NCBI GenBank assembly: GCA_964520585.1
Contig: CAZFOO010000009.1
Location: 6,196-70,195, forward strand
DNA from: an uncultured Bacteroidales bacterium
GTDB lineage: Bacteria > Bacteroidota > Bacteroidia > Bacteroidales > PUMT01
Direction: 5' to 3'
DNA length: 64,000 nucleotides
Shown piece after piece: positions 16,849 to 25,415 of the stretch; the stretch's first letter is position 1, and each line of letters begins with the position of its first letter. Under the pieces are notes generated by a model that had not been told where the DNA came from, ran no database searches, and saw only the letters and a program-made list of their open reading frames with translations. The translations under genes were made by a program, and so were the position numbers.

Positions 16849-17481
16849 CTATTCTCCCACAACTACTTTAGCGTATCTGATTACTGTATCATTCATCAGG
16901 TAGCCTTTTTCAATCACATCCACTATTTTCCCCTTATCCTTCTCAGTGGGAGCCGGAATCTTGGTCACTGCCTCATGAAGATCTGTATCAAATTCTGCTC
17001 CTGTTGCCTTAATCTCCTTAACTCCCTTCCGGGAGAGGAAATCCTTGAATTTTCCATAGATGAGCTCAATTCCTTTTTTCATGGCATCAATGTCAGTGAC
17101 ATTATCCATGGCATCAACGGCACGGTCCAAATCATCGACTACCGGCAGCAGTCCTGTAATAATGTCGGCTCCTGCCATTTTGGTGAGATCTGCTTTTTCC
17201 CTTAAGGTACGTTTCCTGTAATTATCATATTCGGCTGCAAGTCTGAGATACCTGTTCTCCTGCTCTCTGACTTTTTCTTCAAGAATCAAAAGCGGATTCT
17301 CCTCTTCCTGTTCAAATCCGGTTTCCTGTTCAAATCCCGGATTTGTTTCCTGATCCGGATTTGTTTCCTGATCCGGATTTGCTTCAGATTGGTTGCCCGC
17401 TTCTTCAGGCCTGTTATCAAGGGACTCTTCTTTTATCTTTTCAGCATGTTTTTTTGAGTCGTCTTTTCTTTTTTTTACCAT
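16849..17481 (-). CDS. grpE: nucleotide exchange factor GrpE
   Basis: 210 aa with an acidic repetitive N-terminus. GrpE core is YLRLAAEYDNYRKRT...GTVIRYAKVVVGE. It lies directly upstream of dnaJ. Confidence 0.93.
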   Translation of the reverse strand: MVKKRKDDSKKHAEKIKEESLDNRPEEAGNQSEANPDQETNPDQETNPGFEQETGFEQEEENPLLILEEKVREQENRYLRLAAEYDNYRKRTLREKADLTKMAGADIITGLLPVVDDLDRAVDAMDNVTDIDAMKKGIELIYGKFKDFLSRKGVKEIKATGAEFDTDLHEAVTKIPAPTEKDKGKIVDVIEKGYLMNDTVIRYAKVVVGE

Positions 17482-17631
17482 ATTTAAAAATGTTGTTAAA
17501 TGTTTAAGATAACGGGTTTATGTCCCGGACAAATACCGGACCAGAATGCTCCGGGCGACATTTTGGCATAATATGATATGCCGGGACATTTTTGAAGTTA
17601 ATATTCCGGTAAATCTGCCAGATTGTCCCAA

Positions 17632-18207
17632 TTAATCAAGATGCTCGTAAAGGGCTTCCATAATAAGATCTCCACTGAGATTCTTCGCTATAATTACGCC
17701 GTCACCATCAATAAGGAAACTTGCAGGAATGCTCCTTACCTGGTACATTGCAGCGGGGACGGAATTCCAGCCCTCAAGGTCACTGACGTGATTATCCCAG
17801 TCCAGCTGGTCATCTTTTATGCCGCTGAGCCAGGCTTCCCTGGATTTATCAAGTGATACTGAATAGAAGGTGAAGCCGCTGCCGTTAACAAATTCCCTGT
17901 CCCTGAACTGAAGCCAGGCTGCTACTTTTGAGGGATTGCCCCTGCGGCATGGGCCGCACCATGAGGCCCAGAAGTCTATCATGACCATGCTGCCTCTTAA
18001 TGAGGATAAGGAGATCCGTTCACCGTCGGGGGATTCAAATTCCAGTTGTGGTGCCGTATCTCCCAAATCAATTCCTATCTTGCCTGTAGGTTTTACCGCT
18101 GTTTCCATTACAGGGGAAGCGGACTCTCCTGGACGCAGATTACTGTATATCAGAAACACTAAAAGCAGAGCAAGTACTGCTCCGCCGGCTATTTTTAAAG
18201 ATCTCAT
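17632..18207 (-). CDS. TlpA-like thiol:disulfide oxidoreductase (thioredoxin fold)
   Basis: 191 aa with a signal peptide and active site FWASWCGPCRR. Confidence 0.85.
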   Translation of the reverse strand: MRSLKIAGGAVLALLLVFLIYSNLRPGESASPVMETAVKPTGKIGIDLGDTAPQLEFESPDGERISLSSLRGSMVMIDFWASWCGPCRRGNPSKVAAWLQFRDREFVNGSGFTFYSVSLDKSREAWLSGIKDDQLDWDNHVSDLEGWNSVPAAMYQVRSIPASFLIDGDGVIIAKNLSGDLIMEALYEHLD

Positions 18208-18236
18208 CTTTAGGATTTATTTTTTTTAATAATCTG

Positions 18237-18244
18237 CAAAGATA
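18237..18244 (-). promoter_or_regulatory. candidate -7 promoter box TAtcTTTG (minus strand)
   Basis: Plus-strand CAAAGATA lies 30 nt upstream of the TlpA-like start codon and matches the Bacteroides TAnnTTTG consensus. Confidence 0.45.
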
Positions 18245-18261
18245 AACATAAATTATTAAAG

Positions 18262-19569
18262 TCAGGGAAGTCTCTTTATCCTTGCGCCAATTTCATTTAA
18301 CCGGTCATCAATTCTCTGGTAGCCCCTGTCTATTTGTTCGATATTATTTATTATGCTGGTTCCCTCGGCAGACATTGCTGCAATCAGCAGGGCCACACCC
18401 GCCCTGATATCCGGAGAGACCATGTTCATGCCTCTTAACCGGAATTGTTTATTGAGTCCGATTACTGTAGCCCTGTGGGGATCGCATAGAATTATCTGAG
18501 CTCCCATATCCATGAGTTTATCTACAAAGAAGAGCCTGCTTTCAAACATTTTCTGGTGGATGAGAACACTGCCTTTGGCCTGGGTTGCAACAACAAGGAA
18601 CACGCTTAGCAGATCGGGTGTCAGGCCCGGCCATATAGCATCGGCAATTGTCATTATTGAACCATCAATGTAAGTTTCAATTTCGTATGATGACTGGGCA
18701 GGAATGTAAATGTCATCTTCCCGGCGTTCAAGCTTAATGCCAAGGCGTCTGAAAGCATCGGGTATTATTCCGAGATTATCATAAGAGACATTTTTAATGG
18801 TTATTTCCGATTCGGTCATCGCTGCCATTCCTATAAAACTGCCTATTTCGATCATGTCTGGAAGAATCCGGTGTTCCGTGCCACCTAAATATCCAACACC
18901 TTCAATTGTCAGCAGGTTGGATCCGACACCGCTGATTTTAGCACCCATCCTGTTGAGCATTTTGCAAAGCTGTTGAAGGTAAGGCTCACATGCAGCATTA
19001 TAAATAGTTGTTGTTCCTTTAGCCATTGCTGCTGCCATAACTATATTTGCCGTGCCGGTAACGGAAGCTTCGTCCATCAGCATGTATGACCCTTTGAGAT
19101 TGCTTCCTTCTACACGGTAAAAATCATTTTTCTGGTCATATTCAAACTTTGCCCCCAGCTTCATGAAGCCGATAAAATGAGTATCAAGCCTTCGGCGCCC
19201 TATTTTATCTCCGCCGGGTTTAGGCATATATGCCAGTCCGAAGCGCGCAAGCAGGGGACCGATGATCATTACTGAACCTCTTAATCCCGATGCCCTTGTC
19301 CTGAAATCATCAGTCAACAGATATTCTGGATCAACCTTATCGGCTGTAAACTCATATTTTCCGGATCCCTGCTTATCAACATTTACCCCCAGGTGCTGGA
19401 GAAGTTCTATGAGCCTGATGACATCAAGTATCTCAGGGATATTGCGGACAGTAACCTTCTCCGGCGTGATAAGACATGCGGAAATTATTTGCAGTGCCTC
19501 GTTCTTGGCACCCTGGGCTGTTAGTTCCCCTTTAAGGGAGTATCCTCCCTGGATCTCAAATGAAGCCAT
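18262..19569 (-). CDS. murA: UDP-N-acetylglucosamine 1-carboxyvinyltransferase
   Basis: 435 aa. N-terminus MASFEIQGGYSLKGEL..AQGAKNEALQI, with the GGDKIGRRRLDTH loop. Confidence 0.95.
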   Translation of the reverse strand: MASFEIQGGYSLKGELTAQGAKNEALQIISACLITPEKVTVRNIPEILDVIRLIELLQHLGVNVDKQGSGKYEFTADKVDPEYLLTDDFRTRASGLRGSVMIIGPLLARFGLAYMPKPGGDKIGRRRLDTHFIGFMKLGAKFEYDQKNDFYRVEGSNLKGSYMLMDEASVTGTANIVMAAAMAKGTTTIYNAACEPYLQQLCKMLNRMGAKISGVGSNLLTIEGVGYLGGTEHRILPDMIEIGSFIGMAAMTESEITIKNVSYDNLGIIPDAFRRLGIKLERREDDIYIPAQSSYEIETYIDGSIMTIADAIWPGLTPDLLSVFLVVATQAKGSVLIHQKMFESRLFFVDKLMDMGAQIILCDPHRATVIGLNKQFRLRGMNMVSPDIRAGVALLIAAMSAEGTSIINNIEQIDRGYQRIDDRLNEIGARIKRLP

Positions 19570-19664
19570 ATTAAAATGAAATTTTGGTTTAGCTGAAGTA
19601 TTTAGAATGCTTATTACCGGCTTTGATGAGAATTGTCATTTTACCAAGGGAAAGTCGTAAGGTT

Positions 19665-20315
19665 TCATGCACCAGGTTTTCGCTGTCCGTGCTTGGGGTT
19701 GAATTTTCTTGGTGTCTTTTTCTTTTTGGTCCTTGACAATATGTCTTTTGATTCGGATAACTTCAACTCCGATCCTTTGTCTATTTTCCCGCCGGAAAGT
19801 TCCCGGAGGTCATCATAGATGATATCATCGGTAACCTGGTTCCTGTTCCAGTTAAGATAGCTTTTTTTCATATGGTTGGCTATCATCTGTATAAGTGCCT
19901 CTTTCTTTTCCCCCTCTTCCATTTTGGTGGCAGCCCTGATCATATCTTCAATGATCTTTCCATAGTGCTTGTACCTGATCGGATAATTGTTGTAGGGAAC
20001 AGGTTTTGGCTTTTCTGTGAGGGTCTCTATAGTTGGGGGTTCATAAGGAGAGTCTATATCAAGTTTAAAATCTGATATCAGGGCAAGGTGATCCCATAAT
20101 TTATGTTTAAAATCGTTAATATCACGCAGGTGAGGATTCATATTACCCATTATGGCGATAATTGTTCTTGCTGCTTTGTTACGTTCCTCCCTGTCCTCTA
20201 TGGTAGTAATATGCCTGACCATTTTGTGGATATTCCTGCCATATTCCGGGATAACCATCTTCTCCCTGCTGGTGTTATAATCTTCTGTCATTGGATTATG
20301 ATCTTCTTTTGTCAT
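19665..20315 (-). CDS. DUF4290-like protein
   Basis: 216 aa. The motif YNTSREKMVIPEYGRNIHKMV is as I recall for DUF4290. It lies immediately upstream of murA, as is usual in Bacteroidota. Confidence 0.6.
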   Translation of the reverse strand: MTKEDHNPMTEDYNTSREKMVIPEYGRNIHKMVRHITTIEDREERNKAARTIIAIMGNMNPHLRDINDFKHKLWDHLALISDFKLDIDSPYEPPTIETLTEKPKPVPYNNYPIRYKHYGKIIEDMIRAATKMEEGEKKEALIQMIANHMKKSYLNWNRNQVTDDIIYDDLRELSGGKIDKGSELKLSESKDILSRTKKKKTPRKFNPKHGQRKPGA

Positions 20316-20430
20316 TACTTGACTTCTTGTTTATTATGCAAAATTACTAAATATCTGATTAAAAAACGGCATTTGCCGACATTATTCTGCAGGGCAAGGA
20401 CTATAAGACGATGCGCCGGATAATATCCGG

Positions 20431-22785
20431 TTATTCTATTACTCTTAATTTTGCAAATTTGAGGAGGAGCTGCTTTTGCCCGTTTGCAGCAAAATCAACC
20501 GTTGCTTTTGTGTTTGGAGCCTGTCCTTCTATGCTCAGCACCCTTCCTTTGCCAAACCGTTCATGTTCGACTGTCATTCCTGTTTGCAATCCCGAAAGAT
20601 CTTCTGACCGTGAGACATTCTTCTTTCCTGCCAGATCTGCATTAATGAGCCGTCCCTTGTGAAGGGGCACGGTTCCTTGTTTTATTTCTGAAGATCCCTT
20701 AGTCTTGTTCTGATAGTTGTTATTTTCACGGTACCGTTGACCATATATTTTTTTCCTGCCGGGACCGGAACTTTCATATTCTGGCCTCGATGCCGCTGCA
20801 TTATCTGTTGAAGTTTCCTGTAGGTGTTCAATATACCGGGGGTCAATCTCTGAAATGAACCTGCTGGGCCTGCACATTGAAGGTACACCCCAGCGGTACC
20901 TGGTTTGAGCATGGCACAGAGTGGCAGATGATCCTGCCCTTGTCAGGGCAACATAAAACAGTCTGCGCTCTTCTTCCAGCTCTGACTGCGAAGCGGCGGC
21001 AAATCGGTTAGGAAAAAGCTCTTCTTCCAGTCCCCCGATGAAAACATGATGAAACTCCAGCCCTTTGGCGGAATGTATGGTCATCAGTGTGACCTTGTTC
21101 CTGTCATCCGGTTTTTCAGTGTCTGCGTCGGTAAGAAGTGATACATTTTGCAAAAAAGTATTCAGGGAAGAATCTTCGCCAAGTTCAACCTGTTGGGTGG
21201 TGAACTCTCTAACTGCATTCAGCAGTTCCTGGATGTTTTCGTATTTGGTAATATTTTCGGTCGATTTAGGGTCGAAGAGGTCTTTAAGTATACCCGAAGC
21301 GGTGGCGATATGCATAGCCAGCTGCCATGCATCTTCGTCGCCTGACTTCAATGAGAAACCTTTTATCAGCCTGTTGAAATTTGACAATCTTGTTGTAATA
21401 CCTTTATTAAGACCAAGAGGCGTTAAATGGTCTTCAATATTGCTGATTATATCCCAGGGATGCAGGCCGCTTTGATTTGAATAGCTGATGATTTTATCGG
21501 TCGTTGTTTTGCCAATGCCTCTTGCAGGGTAATTGATTATACGATAGAGGGCTTCCTGGTCTCTGTTATTTATTGTAATCCGGAAATAGGCAAGAAGGTC
21601 TTTTATCTCTTTGCGCTGATAAAAGGATAAGCTGCCATATACCTTGTACGGAATACCCTGACGCCTCAGGGCCTCTTCAAAGATACGCGATTGTGCGTTA
21701 GTCCGGTACAGGATGGCGAAACCGGCATAATCGCAACTCCCGGTATCTATTTTTTCCGATATGGATTTTGCAACGAAAGCACCCTCTTCGAGGTCTGTGG
21801 CACATTCAAGGACTCTTAATTTTTCACCCGTCTCATTGTCTGACCAGATCTTTTTGGGTATTTGTCCCCTGTTCCTTGCAATAAGACTATTGGCTGCATT
21901 TACGATGTTTTTGGTTGACCGGTAATTCTGCTCAAGCTTAAATATCTGATAGTCGGGGTAATCTTTCTTGAAATTCAAGATATTTTCTATTCTGGCACCC
22001 CTGAAGGAATAAATACTTTGTGCATCATCTCCCACTACACTCAGGTTTTTGTGCCTGGCTGCAAGTTTTGATACTATCAGGTACTGGGCATAATTTGTAT
22101 CCTGGTATTCATCCACCAGTATATAACGGAATGATTCCTGGTATTTTCCGAGTACCTCAGGGTTATCCCTGAAAAGAATATTGGTATTTAGCAGAAGATC
22201 GTCAAAATCCATAGCGTCGGCTGCCAGGCAACGTTTCTGGTATATTCTGAAGATGTCGGCTATTCTGGGCCTTCTGTTTTTGGAATCTTCAGCCAGGACA
22301 GCTGAATTAGATGCATAGGCACCGGCGGTAATGAGGTTGTTCTTTGCAGCCGAAATCCTTCCGAAAACCTCGTTAGGTTTATATACCTGTTCGTCGAGCA
22401 TCAGTTCTTTAATGATCTTTTTTATTACATTCCTGGAATCTGCAGTATCATAAATGGTGAAATTTGATGTATAGCCTGTATGTGGAGCCTCAAAGCGGAG
22501 TATTCTAGCGAAAACAGAATGGAATGTACCCATCCATAAATATTTAGCGGACTTATATCCCACCAGGGTTGCTATACGTTCTTTCATTTCGGCGGCTGCC
22601 TTATTGGTAAATGTCAGTGCAAGAATGGCAGGTGCAGGAATGCCCTGCTCCAGAAGCCAGGCTATACGGTAGGTCAGCACCCTTGTTTTTCCGGATCCGG
22701 CTCCTGCAATGATAAGTGCAGGCCCGTTGATCTCCTTTACTGCTTTTTGCTGAACCTGGTTCAGGTCTTTGATAAAGTCTCCCAA
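20431..22785 (-). CDS. UvrD/PcrA/Rep-family ATP-dependent DNA helicase
   Basis: 784 aa with a TTG start. Motifs are LNQVQQKAV, Walker A AGAGSGKT, DEYQDTN, TIHSAKGLEF and LFYVALTRA. Confidence 0.93.
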   Translation of the reverse strand: MGDFIKDLNQVQQKAVKEINGPALIIAGAGSGKTRVLTYRIAWLLEQGIPAPAILALTFTNKAAAEMKERIATLVGYKSAKYLWMGTFHSVFARILRFEAPHTGYTSNFTIYDTADSRNVIKKIIKELMLDEQVYKPNEVFGRISAAKNNLITAGAYASNSAVLAEDSKNRRPRIADIFRIYQKRCLAADAMDFDDLLLNTNILFRDNPEVLGKYQESFRYILVDEYQDTNYAQYLIVSKLAARHKNLSVVGDDAQSIYSFRGARIENILNFKKDYPDYQIFKLEQNYRSTKNIVNAANSLIARNRGQIPKKIWSDNETGEKLRVLECATDLEEGAFVAKSISEKIDTGSCDYAGFAILYRTNAQSRIFEEALRRQGIPYKVYGSLSFYQRKEIKDLLAYFRITINNRDQEALYRIINYPARGIGKTTTDKIISYSNQSGLHPWDIISNIEDHLTPLGLNKGITTRLSNFNRLIKGFSLKSGDEDAWQLAMHIATASGILKDLFDPKSTENITKYENIQELLNAVREFTTQQVELGEDSSLNTFLQNVSLLTDADTEKPDDRNKVTLMTIHSAKGLEFHHVFIGGLEEELFPNRFAAASQSELEEERRLFYVALTRAGSSATLCHAQTRYRWGVPSMCRPSRFISEIDPRYIEHLQETSTDNAAASRPEYESSGPGRKKIYGQRYRENNNYQNKTKGSSEIKQGTVPLHKGRLINADLAGKKNVSRSEDLSGLQTGMTVEHERFGKGRVLSIEGQAPNTKATVDFAANGQKQLLLKFAKLRVIE

Positions 22786-22905
22786 TTTGAAAGTTGTTAA
22801 GTCTGTCTGTTTACAAAACAGGCGTAAAATTACCCTCTTACTTTCTTTTATCCAACTTAAGCTGTCATCAATTTATTAACATGTTGTGGTTTGGAAAAGA
22901 ATTGA

Positions 22906-22913
22906 TATTTTTG
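22906..22913 (+). promoter_or_regulatory. candidate -7 promoter box TAttTTTG
   Basis: Exact TAnnTTTG match 23 nt upstream of the ATG at 22936. Confidence 0.45.
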
Positions 22914-22935
22914 AAAAAGTTAAGCAAAGTTATTT

Positions 22936-24168
22936 ATGACTATTTGTAAGGAAAAACTCTTGCCATATCTCTTTTTTGTGCTGGCCTGTTCAATAATGTG
23001 CCCTTTAAGCCTTAACTCCCAGATTTCATCTTCGGGGTATGTTTCTGTTGTTGAAACCGGTTATGAAATTGAATTTGCCGATACCACTATTCACGAAAAT
23101 ATTTTTATTTTTTGCGGGGGAAAAGGTAATTTGTCCGCCGATATGCCTGAAGCAGAAGGAGACCTTACGTTTGAATGGTCTGAATATAATGATGAACTGC
23201 CCGGTTATGAGCCGCCTTTCCATACATTTCTGGGAGAGACATCGAATATCTCTGATCTTGAGAGTGGAGGATACCAGGTGAAGATAACTGATGGGAATGC
23301 TCTTGACACTATCTTCAGGGCCTGGATATTTGTAAACCGGGTTTCAGTCTCAGTTGAAGTTGCCAGACATGATTGTTCTGTCCTTGATCTGACCGGGAAT
23401 ATAGAAACTGACCCCTTTTATTATTATAATCCGCTGAATAATGCAGGTTACATACTGCCACAAGAATATGGTTATTCATGGTCGGCCGATCCTTCTATAC
23501 CTGTGCCTGATGCTCTCAATCCCAGGATTTGGGACCCGCCTCCTGTGACAACACGGTACACTTTGAGCGCAAATTCTTATGGATGTGAGCGGGAATATAC
23601 ACTGACTGAAGACCCATTGACTACCAGGGCCGGCTTTACTTTGGACCCAGCTGAGGGAGAAGCTCCCCTGGAGGTAAGGTTTGATGCTGGCATCTCTTTG
23701 AATGCCAAAGAGTACGAGTGGTATTTTGATTATCAGCCCGGTGATGAAGAGACAGGTGCATACGATGCAAACATTTCTGATCCTGAGCATACATATCATA
23801 TCCCGGGAGAATATTATGTTGCATTGCGTACTGTTGCAGGCTTATGTGATGATGTCTTCAGGTATCCGGAACCGGTCACTGTTTATTTCTCAGAACTTGA
23901 GGTCCCAAATGTATTTAGTCCCGGAATTGACGGATATAACGATCTATTCATGGTCAGAGCAGTCTCAATGAGAGAATATCATGTAGTAATATATAACAGG
24001 AACGGAAAGAAAGTTTTTGAGACTGAAGATCCTGAAGAAGGATGGGATGGCCGGATTAGTGGAGGTTTTGCATCTCCCGGCGTATATTTTTATATAATTA
24101 CAGGAATGGGGTGGGATGAGCGGGAGTACGAGTTCCGCGGTCCCCTGCATCTTTACAGGAGGCGATAA
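22936..24168 (+). CDS. secreted PKD-domain protein with T9SS type-B (CHU_C / gliding-motility C-terminal) sorting domain
   Basis: 410 aa with a signal peptide. PKD-like segment PLEVRFDA...EWYFDY...PEHTYHIPGEYYVALRTV. C-terminal domain EVPNVFSPGIDGYNDLFMV...GWDGR...PGVYFYII. Confidence 0.8.
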   Translation: MTICKEKLLPYLFFVLACSIMCPLSLNSQISSSGYVSVVETGYEIEFADTTIHENIFIFCGGKGNLSADMPEAEGDLTFEWSEYNDELPGYEPPFHTFLGETSNISDLESGGYQVKITDGNALDTIFRAWIFVNRVSVSVEVARHDCSVLDLTGNIETDPFYYYNPLNNAGYILPQEYGYSWSADPSIPVPDALNPRIWDPPPVTTRYTLSANSYGCEREYTLTEDPLTTRAGFTLDPAEGEAPLEVRFDAGISLNAKEYEWYFDYQPGDEETGAYDANISDPEHTYHIPGEYYVALRTVAGLCDDVFRYPEPVTVYFSELEVPNVFSPGIDGYNDLFMVRAVSMREYHVVIYNRNGKKVFETEDPEEGWDGRISGGFASPGVYFYIITGMGWDEREYEFRGPLHLYRRR

Positions 24169-24189
24169 TAAATATAAAAAATACTTTAT

Positions 24190-25296
24190 ATGGCTGATTA
24201 TCTTGAGAAAATTTTCGGGGGTGAATTTATGATCATAGCTTATCTGGTAACAGTAGTTTTGGTTTTTGTATTGCTTATGGTTCTCCGTCTCGTGATTTTG
24301 AAAGCATTAAAATCGTGGGTGGCAAAAGATCAATATGAACTGGTTGACCGCCTTAAAAGTAAGATCAGGATTCCTTTTTTCTTATTGATAATTTTTCTCT
24401 CCCTTACTATACCGCTTTCCTTTTTTGAACAGAAAGTTGGAATTGCCGGACCATTGGAATCCGTTTTTTCTGTGATGGTTATTATATTTATAAGTTGGAT
24501 GCTGATCCAGTCGGTCCGTCTTGTAAAGCATTTTGTGCTGAGCAGATATGACTTGGAGGAACAGGACAACCTTATGGCAAGGAAAGTATTTACCCAGTTC
24601 AGGATACTTGAGAATATTGTAGTGTTTCTTATAGTGATAATAGCTCTTTCCCTTATACTTATGTCGTTCGACAGTATCCGGAAAATCGGTGTGAGCCTGA
24701 TTGCATCAGCAGGTGTTGCAGGGATTATTATCGGGTTTGCCGCCCAAAGTGTTATCGGTACAATACTGGCCGGCATCCAAATCGCCCTGACACAACCTAT
24801 CAGGCTTGATGATGTGGTAATTGTTGAAAATGAATGGGGCCGGATAGAAGAGATTAACCTGACCTATGTTGTAGTTGCTATTTGGGATAAGCGGAGACTG
24901 GTACTTCCAACCACTTATTTCATTGAGACCCCTTTTCAGAACTGGACCCGTACTTCTGCCGAGATTCTTGGTTCTGTATTTATTTATGCTGATTATACCT
25001 TGCCGGTTGATGCTTTGCGTGAAGAGCTGGACAGGATACTTGAAAAAAATCAGTATTGGGACGGCAAGGTTAAGGTAGTGCAGGTTACCAATACTACTGA
25101 AAAAACTGTTGAGATAAGGGCGCTGATGAGTGCGGTTGATTCCGGTGCGGCATGGAACCTCAGAGTTCATGTCAGGGAAAAACTGCTTGCGTTTCTGCAG
25201 GAGAAATATCCGGATTGCCTGCCAAGGGCCAGGCTCGAAATTTCCGGAGATGAAAACAGTCAGGCTGTTCATACTCAGCATCAGGTTCACCCTTGA
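24190..25296 (+). CDS. mechanosensitive ion channel (MscS family)
   Basis: 368 aa with N-terminal TM helices. Pore helix and beta-domain are GVAGIIIGFAAQSVIGTILAGIQIALTQPIRLDDVVIVENEWGRIEEI. Confidence 0.85.
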   Translation: MADYLEKIFGGEFMIIAYLVTVVLVFVLLMVLRLVILKALKSWVAKDQYELVDRLKSKIRIPFFLLIIFLSLTIPLSFFEQKVGIAGPLESVFSVMVIIFISWMLIQSVRLVKHFVLSRYDLEEQDNLMARKVFTQFRILENIVVFLIVIIALSLILMSFDSIRKIGVSLIASAGVAGIIIGFAAQSVIGTILAGIQIALTQPIRLDDVVIVENEWGRIEEINLTYVVVAIWDKRRLVLPTTYFIETPFQNWTRTSAEILGSVFIYADYTLPVDALREELDRILEKNQYWDGKVKVVQVTNTTEKTVEIRALMSAVDSGAAWNLRVHVREKLLAFLQEKYPDCLPRARLEISGDENSQAVHTQHQVHP

Positions 25297-25348
25297 TGAT
25301 ATTGATGCAAATTTTGCCAACCACCGGCAGAAAAATAATAAATAGAAA

Positions 25349-25378
25349 AGAGGGTGCCCAAATGTTGAGGCACCCTCT
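25349..25378. terminator. bidirectional intrinsic terminator hairpin
   Basis: A perfect 10-bp inverted repeat, AGAGGGTGCC (25349-25358) and GGCACCCTCT (25369-25378), with a 10-nt loop. It lies between the convergent mscS-like and EF-G-paralogue genes. Confidence 0.65.
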
Positions 25379-25415
25379 CTGATGGTTTATCCGGGTATGA
25401 GAAGCTCTCTTCTTT

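Noticed and set aside
17311-17392. 18-nt tandem repeats that look like a micro-array (TTCAAATCCGGTTTCCTG x2, ATCCGGATTTGTTTCCTG x2+).
   Set aside because: They are in frame within grpE and encode its acidic disordered N-terminus (NPDQET x2, GFEQE x2). There are no spacers, so this is not CRISPR-like. It is ordinary low-complexity coding repeat.
15665-17481. grpE-dnaJ pair without dnaK.
   Set aside because: dnaK unlinked from grpE-dnaJ is common in Bacteroidota. Both genes are intact.
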